Shown here: positions 11,801 to 21,030 of the stretch, one piece after another
Position numbering within the stretch: the stretch's first letter is position 1
Layout of the letters: each line of letters begins with the position of its first letter
Assembly: GCA_963702425.1 (NCBI GenBank)
Contig: CAVPCQ010000023.1
Span: 17,035-81,034, forward strand
Length of the DNA: 64,000 bases
Source: an uncultured Acidobacteriota bacterium
Lineage (GTDB): Bacteria > Acidobacteriota > Polarisedimenticolia > J045
Reading direction: 5' to 3'
Notes under the pieces: generated by a model
Seen by the model: only the letters and a program-made list of their open reading frames with translations
What the model was told of the DNA's origin: nothing
The model's database searches: none
Position numbers and translations under genes: made by a program

Positions 11801-12284
11801 TGTCCTCCACGCACGGTGTGCCAGGAGGATCGCTGCCGTCGAAACACTCGCGATGGAGCTCGGGGACGTAGGGATCGGACGTGCCCTCGGGGAGACCGCT
11901 CTCGTTCCAGGTCAGGTGCTTGAAGAAACTCGCAACCCCCAGGCTCCCGCCCGGCTCGAGGTAGCGCCAGATCACGTCTCGGATCTGCGCGTTGCGGTAG
12001 AAGCGGACCCGTTTGATCCAGTGCTTCCCCTCGGTAGTACTGTAGAGCTTGGCGCTGAATTCCTCGAACGAGGCGCAGTAGTGCGCCTGCGCCAGCGGGT
12101 CGCTCAGCGGCGGCTCGAGGCTCGCCGGGTTGGCGGGGTCGCGCTCGAACGAGACGGTCAGCGTGATCCCGCCGTCGTTGCCGATCTCGGCGCCCTGCAC
12201 GGGAGACCAGAAGCCGAGCCCCGAACCGAGTCCGAGGAGAATCGTGAGTGGCGCGGCGTACCTGCTACGCGAGCGATGAGTCAT
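8847..12284 (-). CDS. Secreted CLCA-like zinc metalloprotease/vWA protein with TSP3-like repeats and conserved C-terminal domain
   Basis: Signal peptide; HEMGHFFYDLPDEY; vWA MIDAS DRSGSM and VLFSDG; MFDDGAHDDLGSGDGVYGG; DNCP..NPDQ.D.D repeat. Confidence 0.75.
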   Translation of the reverse strand: MTHRSRSRYAAPLTILLGLGSGLGFWSPVQGAEIGNDGGITLTVSFERDPANPASLEPPLSDPLAQAHYCASFEEFSAKLYSTTEGKHWIKRVRFYRNAQIRDVIWRYLEPGGSLGVASFFKHLTWNESGLPEGTSDPYVPELHRECFDGSDPPGTPCVEDIDCSGGGDCKGLSATPSGNGGGLNHEMGHFFYDLPDEYVNLEGSQTGHTGLCSESYSVAGGVASGVVCDEEEAQCSAACVFASECVLGSDPAGTPCEEDADCSGGGICLASNPDRDDAVDGEKQRICLVDTNLSPTDEADGVCLMAGGGKRRRWCDGSTHAYGIPGFDLGDDVGIPDGIAGEPNYVEYNCWRDAAEVHVDLAGRHAEGAYPTFDEILADSGPVPPMECQWLVGGLPSNTNAALLVDRSGSMAYDELSDPPRQALDLALDGALYVYNLVDTGSHAGVYLFNDATSIAESGGAPLDFDPKGADIAAIDAVAANGNTDIAEAIDTARLAIQNDQASLPNATRNIVLFSDGKSNAGGDPYAAAVAACKAGINVHTIAFGDADSAALAEIAQCGESWVTGTELATTNGHAEPDALEIKTALARMGHRVRGNDEIFESRARLQPLATSTIESRTYRVPEGTTELVFSWLADRTCIRRSTGSFPCDPVLNLISRLELQPPSGSAIVAGRPAGTQGGVYRTITVRNPAPGTWTARIDKTEPVPSPSPIPSEWKKKIPKTGVSWIAEIVNPFLHGFAYVTEPRLPVDAPVTIRGEMFRGGRLAPVTMTAQVTHRGLSWSVPMFDDGAHDDLGSGDGVYGGVFNPDGTWAGVTPGAYRVKVLMRSVAGLATVIPLEEDDPTLAQSPATEPIDAELEVETAFRLSARYSLDPDGNPRIGGVTVSCPPLVQGTVYNGLVASVAGLPVDPGTTRIVLGQDVVLKIDGVSCAGCASTQNDPSGTITFSASVAPDAAPGPRTFHVQVGLDRVYQAAACRICTAPGVETCNGNDDDCNGLVDDDASGQDSDADKVFNRCDNCPAAFNPDQVDLDADGTGDRCDFDDGYLDLRFASATGLVWQQEAGAVAWNAYRGDLELVRSRRLYTQTLSDSPLAAQFCELRSPSVSDTVRPGRGKAVHYLVTQVGRSGEGSLGTDSSGNSRPNDHPCP

Positions 12285-12367
12285 GGGGCACCCCTGAGTT
12301 TCGGAATCTCTCACCAGGGGTACGAATTCGACGCGCGCTCCCCGCCACGCAATCGAATCGGACGGCG

Positions 12368-12934
12368 TCAGCCCAGTTCGGCCCGTAGCCACGCACGGGC
12401 CCGCTGCCAGTCTCGCTCCGCGGTTCGCGGCGCGATGCCGAGCGCGAGCGCGGCTTCCTCGTTAGTCAGTCCGGCGAAGAGCCGGCACTCGATGATCCGC
12501 ACGAGGCGCTCATCCCGCTCCGCGAGCCGTTCGACGGCGGCTTGCAGGTCGATCAACCACTCCGCCTGCTTCACGGTCGGCCCGGCGAGATCGTCGACCG
12601 GAAAATCGGTGCGCGCGCCGGCGCCGCGCTTCTCGGCGAGACGGGCTCGCGCCGCGTCGATCATGACCTGTCGCATCACCCTCGCACAGAGCGAGAGGAA
12701 GTGCGCGCGGCTCTCGACCGTAATGGACGATTGGTCAACCAGCCGCAGGAATGCCTCGTGAACGAGGCCGGTCGTGTCGAGGGTGGCGGCGCGATGACCC
12801 CGCAGTTGCACCCGTGCGAGCCGCCTGAGGTCCTGGTAGAGGACGGTCACCAGCCGGTTGAGGGCCCCCGGATCGCCGGACTCGACGGCCAGCAGGTCAG
12901 CGGTGACCTTGGAGCGATCGGGTGGATCGACCAT
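12368..12934 (-). CDS. ECF sigma factor, kinase-associated type (TIGR02999/ECF43-like)
   Basis: LYQDLRRLAR, TLDTTGLVHEAFLRL, KRGAG, RTAERDWQRARAWL. Confidence 0.9.
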   Translation of the reverse strand: MVDPPDRSKVTADLLAVESGDPGALNRLVTVLYQDLRRLARVQLRGHRAATLDTTGLVHEAFLRLVDQSSITVESRAHFLSLCARVMRQVMIDAARARLAEKRGAGARTDFPVDDLAGPTVKQAEWLIDLQAAVERLAERDERLVRIIECRLFAGLTNEEAALALGIAPRTAERDWQRARAWLRAELG

Positions 12935-13002
12935 GGGGAATGCTAACTCAAATCCAAGAGTGCGTTAGCCTGGCTTCTCGGGCCGCCGTATAGTCCGCGG
13001 CG

Positions 13003-15315
13003 ATGGCTTCCTCCCCGGCACGGTGGCGCGAACTGGACGCACTCCTGGGCGGTGCGCTCGAACTTCCACCCTCCGACCGGCCGGCGTGGATCGCCGCGCA
13101 CTGCGGGTCGGACGGGTCGCTTCGCGCCGAACTCCAGCAGCTGCTCTCGTGGAGCGAAGCCTCCGATCCTCGCTTCGACGGCCCGGGCGGCCTCGCGTCC
13201 GAGTGCTTCGGCGAGAGCGCGCCTCCGGTGCCGGAACGGGTTGGCGTCTGGCGCCTCGTCCGGGAGATTGGTCGCGGCGGAATGGCCGTCGTCTACGAAG
13301 CGGAGCGGGAGGACGGGGGATTCCGCCAGACCGCGGCCGTCAAGCTGCTTGCGACCGGTGCGTGGAACGCCGACGCGGTACGGCGCTTCGAACAGGAGCG
13401 CCAGATCCTCGCGCTGCTTGACCACGCGGCGATTGCCTCGCTGCTCGATGGGGGCATCGCACCGGACGGGCGCCCCTATCTCGTCGTTGAACTCGTGCGA
13501 GGGCTACCGATCACGGAGCACGCCAGACGACGGCAACTCGAGCTCTCGGCGAAGCTCTCGCTCGTGGTCCAGGTCGCACGGGCCGTCGGTTCAGCCCATC
13601 GCAGTCTCATCATCCATCGCGACCTCAAACCGTCGAACGTGCTGGTCGACGAGAACGGCGTGCCGAAGCTACTCGACTTCGGCATCGCTCGCGTCCTGGC
13701 GAACGATTTCCCCGGTGAACTCCCTCGAACCCGGACGGCGCATCGCCTGCTGACTCCGGAATACGCGAGCCCCGAGCAGGTCCTCGGCCGGCCGGTCACG
13801 GTCGCCTCGGACATCTACCAGCTCGGCCTCCTGCTGTACGAGATCGTCACGGACCGCCGGGCGCAGCCGCTGCCCGACGGGGACATCACCGCGATTCTCC
13901 GGGCGGTCTGCGAGCAGGATCCGGTCCGGCCCAGCCAGGCTGCGGCAGGCCGCGCGTGGCCGCGTGCGCGCGATCTCGACGCGATCGTGCTGCGCGCGCT
14001 GCGCAAGGAGCCCGAGTCGCGCTATCCGTCGGCGGACGCCCTGGCCGACGACATCGAGGCCTATCTCGACGAGCGCCCGGTCGCCGCCCTGCGCGGCTCG
14101 CGCGCATACCGTGCGGCTCGCTTTGCCAGCCGTCACCGCGTCGGGCTCGCGACGAGCATCCTGCTCGCTGCAGCGCTCATCGGTTACACCGTCACGGTGA
14201 GCATTCAGTCCGCGCGGGTCCGGCGTGAGCGCGACCGTGCGTCGATCGAGGCACAGCGCGCGGACGAGCTCAAGCGCTTCGTCTTCGCGAGCTTCTTCGG
14301 CGCGGATCCGGGCGTCGCCATGGGCAGCGGCGTCGTCCTGCGTGACCACCTCGCGTCGGTGGAGGCTCGCGCGCGGATTGCCCTCGCTCAGCGCCCCGCA
14401 CTGTGCGCCGAAATCCTCGCCACGATCGGGCAGGTCTACATCAGCCTGTCGGAATACGACCGCGCCATTAGGCTGCTTCGCGACGCGGTAGCCGACTTTC
14501 GTCGCGCGCAGCCGGCGAACCCCCTCGCACTATCGGAGGCGCTGCGCCACTTCGGGCGGGCTCTTCACTACTCCGGCCGCTATCGCTACGCTGAGGGTCC
14601 ATTCCTCGAAGCTCTGCACCTGCTCGAGCGGAACCTCGCGGCCGACGATCCGCGCCTCACGGTCGTCCGGCGACACATCGGCTGCCTCCTCCACGCCACC
14701 GGCCGCTACGACGAGGCTGCAACGATGCTGCGGCGTGCCCTCGCGGAGACCGAGGACCAGGCAAGGCACCAAGTGGCCGAGCCGACGTGGGCGCGGATCG
14801 ATCTCGCCGACCTGCTGCTCGACATGGGAAGCCGATCCGAGGCCGCGGATCTCTACCGCGCAGCGATCGACGGCGCGCAGCGGCTCGATCCTCCGGACGA
14901 GGTCGCTGCGCTGTGGGCACAGGATGGTCTGGGACGGGTTCACTTGTTCGAGAACCGCCTGGACGAAGCGGCCGAGCTGCTCGAGCGGACGCTCACTCGG
15001 CGGCAGCAGCTGTTCGCCCCTCAGCACCCGTTCGTCGCGGAGTCGCTTCGCAGCGCCGGACTTCTGCACCTTGCGCAAGGTCGCCTCGACGAGGCCGGCG
15101 TGTTCCTGGACCGGGCGGCCGGCATCTATCGAAAGGTGCTCTCCGAACGTCACGCGTGGGTAGCTCGTGCCGAGCTGGACTTCGCGCGGCTGGAGGCGGC
15201 CCGTGCGCATCCTGCAGCCGCTGCGCGGCACGCTCGGCGCGCCGCGCAGCTTCTCGAGCGCACCGGCCTGACGGATCATCCGTGGCACGCGGACGCGCTC
15301 CTCGCCGCTCAATAG
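13003..15315 (+). CDS. Membrane Ser/Thr protein kinase with C-terminal TPR-like repeats
   Basis: GRGGMAVVY, AVK, HRDLKPSN, DFG, LTPEYASPE; one TM; helical repeats. Confidence 0.92.
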   Translation: MASSPARWRELDALLGGALELPPSDRPAWIAAHCGSDGSLRAELQQLLSWSEASDPRFDGPGGLASECFGESAPPVPERVGVWRLVREIGRGGMAVVYEAEREDGGFRQTAAVKLLATGAWNADAVRRFEQERQILALLDHAAIASLLDGGIAPDGRPYLVVELVRGLPITEHARRRQLELSAKLSLVVQVARAVGSAHRSLIIHRDLKPSNVLVDENGVPKLLDFGIARVLANDFPGELPRTRTAHRLLTPEYASPEQVLGRPVTVASDIYQLGLLLYEIVTDRRAQPLPDGDITAILRAVCEQDPVRPSQAAAGRAWPRARDLDAIVLRALRKEPESRYPSADALADDIEAYLDERPVAALRGSRAYRAARFASRHRVGLATSILLAAALIGYTVTVSIQSARVRRERDRASIEAQRADELKRFVFASFFGADPGVAMGSGVVLRDHLASVEARARIALAQRPALCAEILATIGQVYISLSEYDRAIRLLRDAVADFRRAQPANPLALSEALRHFGRALHYSGRYRYAEGPFLEALHLLERNLAADDPRLTVVRRHIGCLLHATGRYDEAATMLRRALAETEDQARHQVAEPTWARIDLADLLLDMGSRSEAADLYRAAIDGAQRLDPPDEVAALWAQDGLGRVHLFENRLDEAAELLERTLTRRQQLFAPQHPFVAESLRSAGLLHLAQGRLDEAGVFLDRAAGIYRKVLSERHAWVARAELDFARLEAARAHPAAAARHARRAAQLLERTGLTDHPWHADALLAAQ

Positions 15316-15458
15316 CCGGCGCGCAGCGCCGCCAAGTCGCTCCTTTTTCAGAGATGGCCGGGACACCGGGGGCTCGATGTGGTAGGCGACGACGTCGTCA
15401 GGGTCCAGGAACCGATCGCGCCATGCGCGCGCTCCCATTCACGGCGGCGTGACCGACT

Positions 15459-15528
15459 GGGGCCGGCCTCCGTGCCGGCCCGCAGGACGGAGGGCGCGAT
15501 TCGGGCCGCCACGGAGGCCGGCCCCTAC
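15459..15528. repeat. Second REP-like doublet; supplies the msrB stop codon
   Basis: ggggccggcctccgtgccggcccg ... cgggccgccacggaggccggcccctac; TAG of msrB lies in the GTAG motif. Confidence 0.7.
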
Positions 15529-16121
15529 GGTTTCTCCAGCGCGAGGGCGGCGGAGTTCAGGCAGTAGCGCAGGCCGGTCGGCCCGGGGCCGTCGTCGAAG
15601 ACGTGGCCCAGGTGACCGCCGCAGCGCGCGCAGAGCACTTCGGTGCGCAGCATCATGTAGGTCTGGTCGCTCTCGGTCGCGACGTTCTCGCCGGCGATCG
15701 GCGCGGTGAAGCTGGGCCATCCGGTGCCCGAGTCGAACTTCGTTTCCGACGAGAAGAGCGGCAGGCCGCAGGCCGCGCAGACGTAGGTCCCCTCGTCCTT
15801 GGTCTTCCAGAACGCGCCGGTGAAGGCGCGCTCGGTCCCCTTCTCGCGCAGGACCTGGAACTGCTCGGGGGTCAGCGATGCGCGCCATTCCTCGTCGCTG
15901 CGGACGACCTTGTCGACCATCTGCTTCTCTCCGTGGATGACGACGGGCACCTTCGAGGAGGACGGCGTTGCGGGGGCCGGGGCGAGGGCCGCGCCGCTCC
16001 CCTCCGCCGGGGAGGCGTTGACGATTCCCGTCGGGACGCCGCCGCAGCCGGTGACGGCGAGCAGTGCCGCGAACACCCAGACCGAGGCGCAGGCAACGAG
16101 AAGCAAGGCGGGACGGGCCAT
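15525..16121 (-). CDS. msrB: Peptide-methionine (R)-S-oxide reductase, probably with lipoprotein signal (start uncertain)
   Basis: [43 protein letters not shown]; N-terminal hydrophobic stretch ending AVTGC. Confidence 0.93.
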   Translation of the reverse strand: MARPALLLVACASVWVFAALLAVTGCGGVPTGIVNASPAEGSGAALAPAPATPSSSKVPVVIHGEKQMVDKVVRSDEEWRASLTPEQFQVLREKGTERAFTGAFWKTKDEGTYVCAACGLPLFSSETKFDSGTGWPSFTAPIAGENVATESDQTYMMLRTEVLCARCGGHLGHVFDDGPGPTGLRYCLNSAALALEKP

Positions 16122-16356
16122 GAGCGGGATTGTAGGGAGTGCCGCCGGGACCGCCAGTAGCTGGGCGGTTAGGCGGCTGCCGGGCGGCCCGGGACTTCGA
16201 CTCGACCGCGCTCCGCCATCGTCGGATCGTCCCGGTACGAGATCGACCACCAGATGGAGCATCTCCCTCACGCCCCTGGAGACTCCGGCTGGTCGTCGCG
16301 TTCCAGGCGCGACTCGGCGCGAAGACCCGAGGTCGAACCCCTGTCGATTCAGATAT

Positions 16357-16407
16357 TTATGATTATCGTAAAAAAATGCTTGACTATCATAATATTCATC
16401 GTATGCT
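16357..16407 (+). promoter_or_regulatory. Sigma70-type promoter with imperfect palindromic operator
   Basis: AT-rich patch; TTGACT (16380) - 16 nt - TATGCT (16402); ttatgattatcgtaa palindrome upstream; GTG start 7 nt after the -10. Confidence 0.6.
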
Positions 16408-16414
16408 TCTGCTC

Positions 16415-16627
16415 GTGGCGATCGAAGTCCGGCTCGACCTGATGCTCGCTCGACGCAAGATGCGTCTGACGGAGCTCTCCGAGCGCGTGGGGATCTCGAT
16501 GACCAACCTCTCACTGCTCAAGACGGGGAAGGTCAAGGCGATCCGGTTCTCCACGCTCGACGCGCTCTGCCGCGAGCTCGCATGTCAGCCGGGCGATCTT
16601 CTCGAATTCGCCCCGGAGGACGTATGA
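16415..16627 (+). CDS. XRE/Cro-family HTH regulator (YozG-like)
   Basis: [42 protein letters not shown]. Confidence 0.9.
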   Translation: MAIEVRLDLMLARRKMRLTELSERVGISMTNLSLLKTGKVKAIRFSTLDALCRELACQPGDLLEFAPEDV

Positions 16628-17238
16628 ACACCAATCGCTACGCGGCTGCCGGATGGGCAGCCATCCTGAGCGCCGCAGGCACGCTCGCCGTACTTGGGCT
16701 GTCCTTCGTCTTCGACCTGTCGAAGATCGCCGGGCGCCCGGAGCAGTTCGGCCCCGGCCTGTGGAGCCTGCAGCAGGCCGCCCTCGTGATCGCGGTGGAC
16801 GCCGTCGCCTGGATCCTGGGGATCTACGCGCTCGTAAAGTTCCGGGACCTGCTCCGCGAGCGTTACGACTTCCACGCCATCGACCACCTGATCTGGATCG
16901 TGATCGGGGCCGGGCTGCTCGTCGCCGCGGCCTCGTACGCGCAGCGCCTTGCCGCCGACGGGAAGCTGGGGAGCGCTCTCGTCGGGTTCGCCACGATGGC
17001 GGTACTCGGCGTCCTGAACGGCGTGATCGGGATCGTCTTCGCGACGCGGCTCCTCAAGATCAACGGCAACCTCAACGGCTACAAGAAGCCGCTCGCCTAC
17101 GTCTACCTGGCGGGGTCGATCTGCTTCCTGCTGGTCGTGCCGGCCCTCGTGGGGATGGTCCTGCTGGCGGCCTGGAGCGTTCTCCTGGGGCTTTCCTTCT
17201 TCCAGGGCGAGGAGCTCGAGGAGCTCGAAGTCGTCTGA
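16624..17238 (+). CDS. Hypothetical integral membrane protein
   Basis: About six hydrophobic segments; RBS GGAGG; overlaps regulator stop. Confidence 0.7.
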   Translation: MNTNRYAAAGWAAILSAAGTLAVLGLSFVFDLSKIAGRPEQFGPGLWSLQQAALVIAVDAVAWILGIYALVKFRDLLRERYDFHAIDHLIWIVIGAGLLVAAASYAQRLAADGKLGSALVGFATMAVLGVLNGVIGIVFATRLLKINGNLNGYKKPLAYVYLAGSICFLLVVPALVGMVLLAAWSVLLGLSFFQGEELEELEVV

Positions 17239-17250
17239 CAGGGGGGCGCC

Positions 17251-17532
17251 ATGAAGAGCGTGGCGTATCTGCTGGTGTTCTTCGCCGTGACGAGTGCGCT
17301 GTGGGCCACCGTGGCGGCCGTCGCGATGGCAGGCTGGCTCTCGCATCACGGCGTGAAGGTGAACTGGTTCCTGCTCCGGCTGTACATGCCGTGGTACGTC
17401 CACCGCTACCAGAAGATGACCCGGGAGCGCGACGGCAGGCCGGGCCCGCTCTATGCGCACTTCGTGGTCCCGATCAGCCTGGCGCTGCTGTTCGCGGTGG
17501 TCGGCCTGGTCGTGATCGTGGCGTCGCGCTAG
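17251..17532 (+). CDS. Small two-TM membrane protein
   Basis: 93-aa ORF with two hydrophobic helices and normal codon usage. Confidence 0.65.
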   Translation: MKSVAYLLVFFAVTSALWATVAAVAMAGWLSHHGVKVNWFLLRLYMPWYVHRYQKMTRERDGRPGPLYAHFVVPISLALLFAVVGLVVIVASR

Positions 17533-17620
17533 GGCCCACGCCGGGACCCGGTGCGGCTTCCGGATCCCGGGGGCGGACAACCGCCCTGTCATGACGTATC
17601 ATGATTCTTCAGGAGACCTC

Positions 17621-17833
17621 ATGGCCATCACCAAGATCAGTTCGCAGGTCGAGGAGTCCGTTTGGGACGAGTTGAAGGCGACGGCCGCCGAATCCCACCG
17701 CAGCGTCTCCGGCATGCTGACCGAGGCGATTCGCGAGTACCTCGAGCGCCGGCGCGTTCGGCCCGCGGTCCTGCGCCACCTGGACGACTCGATCGCCGAG
17801 AACGAGAAGCTGGGGCGGTTCCTTGCCCGCTAG
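17621..17833 (+). CDS. Ribbon-helix-helix antitoxin
   Basis: TKISSQV..VWDELK..SVSGMLTEAIREYL; RBS AGGAGA; TCATGA boxes upstream; overlaps Doc gene. Confidence 0.7.
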   Translation: MAITKISSQVEESVWDELKATAAESHRSVSGMLTEAIREYLERRRVRPAVLRHLDDSIAENEKLGRFLAR

Positions 17834-18263
17834 AGAGACGCTCTTCCTGACGACCGACGAGGTTCTCGCGATCCACGAGAGGCTCATCGAGACGTTCGGC
17901 GGGCCCCGTGGCGTGCGTGATCCCGGCCTACTCGAGAGCGCGCTGTTCCGGCCTCGCACCGGTTACTACCGCGACCTGGCGGAGATGGCCGCGGCCCTCT
18001 TCGAGTCCCTCCTCATGAACCACCCGTTCGTCGACGGCAACAAGCGGGTCGCGTTCTTCGCGACGGACGTCTTTCTCCGGCTCAACGGACACAAGCTGGC
18101 CGTTCGCCCCGAGGCCGCCCACCGCTTCCTGATCGGGCTGCTCGAATCCGGCGAGTGCGACTTCGCGCGCCTGCTGCCGTGGATCCGGCGGTCGATCCGG
18201 CCGCTCCCGCGGCGTCGCAGCGAGATGACCGGAGCCCCGGAGAGCCGCCGGGACCACCGGTAA
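17823..18263 (+). CDS. doc: Death-on-curing (Doc/Fic) family toxin
   Basis: GVRDPGLLESALFRP and HPFVDGNKR Fic motif. Confidence 0.9.
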   Translation: MPARETLFLTTDEVLAIHERLIETFGGPRGVRDPGLLESALFRPRTGYYRDLAEMAAALFESLLMNHPFVDGNKRVAFFATDVFLRLNGHKLAVRPEAAHRFLIGLLESGECDFARLLPWIRRSIRPLPRRRSEMTGAPESRRDHR

Positions 18264-18343
18264 CCCGCCGGTCAGCCCTCCCCCGCCGGAAAACTCGCCC
18301 CCCCCCTGTGACGCCCGGCCCCCTCCCGGCGAATCATGGAGCG

Positions 18344-18862
18344 ATGACCGACGAGACCTTCGCCGACCTGCTCGACCGCCACGCCGGCCTGATCCGGCGG
18401 GTCGCCTCGGTCTACTGCCGGGACGCCGCGGCCCGCGAGGACGTCGTGCAGGAGATCGCACTGCAGGCCTGGCTCTCCCGCCACCGCTACGACGGGCGCT
18501 GCAAGGAGTCGACCTGGCTCTACCGGATCGCGGTCAACGTCGCGATCTCGCACCACCGCAGGGAGCGCCGGCAGCCCGAGCGCGGCGCGCCCCTCGACGA
18601 GCAGTCGATTGCGGCGCCGGAGTCCGAAGGCGGCGAGGACATAGCCCTGCTGCTGCGCTGCGTCCAGGAACTCGAGCCGCTCGACCGCGCGCTCGTCCTG
18701 CTCTACCTCGACGGCAACGACCACGCCGCGATCGCCGAGGTGCTGGGGATCTCGCCTTCGAACGTGGGCACCAAGCTGCACCGCATCAAGGCCCGGCTGC
18801 GCGCCGCGTTCGAGCGGCACGCGCGCCCCACCCCCAAGGAGAGCACCGATGGAACTCGATGA
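18344..18862 (+). CDS. ECF RNA polymerase sigma factor
   Basis: EDVVQEI, STWLYRIAVNVAI, IAEVLGISPSNVGTKLHRIK. Confidence 0.9.
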   Translation: MTDETFADLLDRHAGLIRRVASVYCRDAAAREDVVQEIALQAWLSRHRYDGRCKESTWLYRIAVNVAISHHRRERRQPERGAPLDEQSIAAPESEGGEDIALLLRCVQELEPLDRALVLLYLDGNDHAAIAEVLGISPSNVGTKLHRIKARLRAAFERHARPTPKESTDGTR

Positions 18863-19517
18863 CCTGAAGGGCGCCTGGGCCGCCCACACCGCGACGCTGG
18901 AGCGAAGCCTGGCGATCCAGCAGCGCCTGCTGCGCGAGTCGCTGCTGCGCCGGCCGCGCCTGGCCCTCGCCCCCTGGATGATCTGGCGCGCGCTCGAGGT
19001 CGCGCTGGGCGTCGCCGCGATCGGCGCTGCCGTCCCGCTGCTGCTGGCGCACGCCGGCGAGCCTCGCTACGCGATCCTCGTCGGCGGGCTGCTCGTCTTC
19101 GCCGTGATCATGACCGCGCTCTCGACCCGCCTGCTGGTCCGGACGCTCGCACTCGACTGGGGGCGCCCGGTGACCGCGATCCAGCGCGAGGTCGAGCAGA
19201 TCCGCAGCACGGAGTACCGCGCGATCAAGTGGGCGCTGCTGGGGGGTGTCCTCTTCTGGCTCCCCGCCCTGCTGGTCCTGATCGAGGTGTTCACAGGGAT
19301 CCCGGCGCTGGCCCGCGTCGAGCTGCCGTGGCTGGTCGCGAACCTGGCCTTCGGGCTGGGGATGCTGGGACTGGGCCAGGCGCTCTCGCGCCGCTTCGTC
19401 GAGCGGCCCGGGCTGGGAGCCGGGGCGCGGCGCGTGATGGACGCGCTCTCGGGACGCGGGCTGCGCCAGGCGGCGGAGCGGCTGGCGGAGGTGGGGAGGT
19501 TCGAGGGGGAGGGGTGA
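18849..19517 (+). CDS. Four-TM membrane protein, putative anti-sigma factor
   Basis: MELDDLKGAW N-terminus, four TMs, overlaps the ECF gene. Confidence 0.65.
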   Translation: MELDDLKGAWAAHTATLERSLAIQQRLLRESLLRRPRLALAPWMIWRALEVALGVAAIGAAVPLLLAHAGEPRYAILVGGLLVFAVIMTALSTRLLVRTLALDWGRPVTAIQREVEQIRSTEYRAIKWALLGGVLFWLPALLVLIEVFTGIPALARVELPWLVANLAFGLGMLGLGQALSRRFVERPGLGAGARRVMDALSGRGLRQAAERLAEVGRFEGEG

Positions 19518-19524
19518 CCTCCCC

Positions 19525-19944
19525 TCACATCGATGCATCCTGCACGATCCGCCAGCCGTCCCCGTGCCGCTTCATCACCAGCAGCGTGTAGCCGCTCGCC
19601 TCGGGCTTGTCGGCGTATTTCAGCGACCAGCGCGCGGCGACCGAGCGCGTCTCGCCCAGGTCGCGCACGTCGAGCACCTCGAAGGAGAGCGTCCCCATCG
19701 CCGCGCGGTCCTTGTAGCGCGCGCGGTAGCGCTCCAGCACGGCCTGGCGGCCGCGCGTCATGCCGGAGGGGGTGATGAAGACCGCGTCGTCCTCGTAGAG
19801 CGAGCAGAACTCCTCGAGGTTGCCCGCGTTCCAGGCGGCCGCCTGGCGCGCGAGCAGAGCGTCGACCGGCGAGGCGGCAAGCGCCGCAGGGACGCATGGG
19901 AGGACCAGCGCAACCAGGAGCAGCAGCCGCACCGGGCCGCTCAT
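19525..19944 (-). CDS. Secreted NTF2/SnoaL-like (DUF4440/YybH) protein
   Basis: Signal peptide; AAAWNAGNLEEF and GWRIVQDAS. Confidence 0.82.
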   Translation of the reverse strand: MSGPVRLLLLVALVLPCVPAALAASPVDALLARQAAAWNAGNLEEFCSLYEDDAVFITPSGMTRGRQAVLERYRARYKDRAAMGTLSFEVLDVRDLGETRSVAARWSLKYADKPEASGYTLLVMKRHGDGWRIVQDASM

Positions 19945-20546
19945 TGGGCCGGCCACCCGTAGCCGAGCACCAGCGCGTACTGCGAGTAGTTCCCGGAGAG
20001 CGTTGCGGTACGCAGCGAGAACAGCACCGGCACCTCGAACTTGAACGACGCGCCGCGGCCGATCCGGACGTCCAGCCCGAGGTTGAACTGTGGGCCGAGC
20101 CGCCAGAACAGGCCGCCGTTGAAGTAGTAGCCCAGCGAGCCGTCGGTGTCGTCATACGCGGGCGGGTCGATGTCCAGCTCGTAGTAGGCGTAGGAGTACT
20201 CGATCCCCGCGCCGAGGTACGGTCGCCACCCGCCCTCGCGCAGCGGCAGCCACAGTGCGCCGAACGACAGGTCCCCGACCGCGGCGGTGTACTGGTACCC
20301 CTCGGCGGCGGTCGGCTCCTCCTGCGCAGCCGAGATCGTGAATCCCCAGGCCAGGTGGATCGGCCAGTCGTCCTGCCCCCAGTCGACCTGCGTGCCGACC
20401 AGCCACTGCCGGTCGACCGGACGCCAGTCGTCGTTATAGGTGCGCTGGCCGAGCAGGAACTGGACGTTGCCGGAGGCGGCCGCCGGCGCGGACGCCGCGA
20501 CGGCACCGGCGATCAGGAGGGCGGAAAGCGCGATCGTGCGTCTCAT
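19941..20546 (-). CDS. Small outer membrane beta-barrel protein
   Basis: Signal peptide; PYLGAG, alternating beta-strands, terminal LVLGYGW. Confidence 0.7.
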   Translation of the reverse strand: MRRTIALSALLIAGAVAASAPAAASGNVQFLLGQRTYNDDWRPVDRQWLVGTQVDWGQDDWPIHLAWGFTISAAQEEPTAAEGYQYTAAVGDLSFGALWLPLREGGWRPYLGAGIEYSYAYYELDIDPPAYDDTDGSLGYYFNGGLFWRLGPQFNLGLDVRIGRGASFKFEVPVLFSLRTATLSGNYSQYALVLGYGWPAQ

Positions 20547-20577
20547 CACGGGACTCCTGGGGCCCGGGCCTCGCGGG

Positions 20578-21030
20578 CTAGCTCTGACCGCCCTCGAGGG
20601 CATCGAGATCCGCGAGGTCCTTGGGCCGGCCACACGCGCGCTTGTTGCGCACGAGGTCATCGCGGCCCAGGAACGGGGTTTCCACCTGCGCTACGGGCAG
20701 CAACACGCGACGGGGCCACGCCTCGTCGAACTCGAGACCGGTGAGCTGCGTCATCAGGTCGATGCGCCGAGGCGGGAGACCGATCTGGATGACCGTCCCC
20801 CGGACCTCGAGATCGTCCCGCGAGAGCTGCATCTCGCGAACTGGCGCTCCGAACGCGATCAGCGCGTCCCAGACGCGTGCCGCGTTGCCGGCATCGGGAC
20901 GAATCCATACATCCAGATCGCCTGTCGCACGGGGAATGCCGTGGACAGCCATGGCGTGGGCGCCGACGACGAGGAACTCGGCCCGGGCCCGGACCAGCGC
21001 GAGAAGGAAGTCCCGGAAGTCGTCGTTCAC
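20578..21030 (-). CDS. Minimal nucleotidyltransferase-like protein
   Basis: VVGAHAMAVHG.PRATGDLD and NKRACGRPKDLADL. Confidence 0.8.
   Translation of the reverse strand: MNDDFRDFLLALVRARAEFLVVGAHAMAVHGIPRATGDLDVWIRPDAGNAARVWDALIAFGAPVREMQLSRDDLEVRGTVIQIGLPPRRIDLMTQLTGLEFDEAWPRRVLLPVAQVETPFLGRDDLVRNKRACGRPKDLADLDALEGGQS

Larger units (their letters stand above)
8718..15550. mobile_element. Accessory island 1 bounded by 41-bp direct repeats containing the msrB 3' end
   Basis: cacggaggccggcccctacggtttctccagcgcgagggcgg at both 8718-8758 and 15510-15550. Confidence 0.7.
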
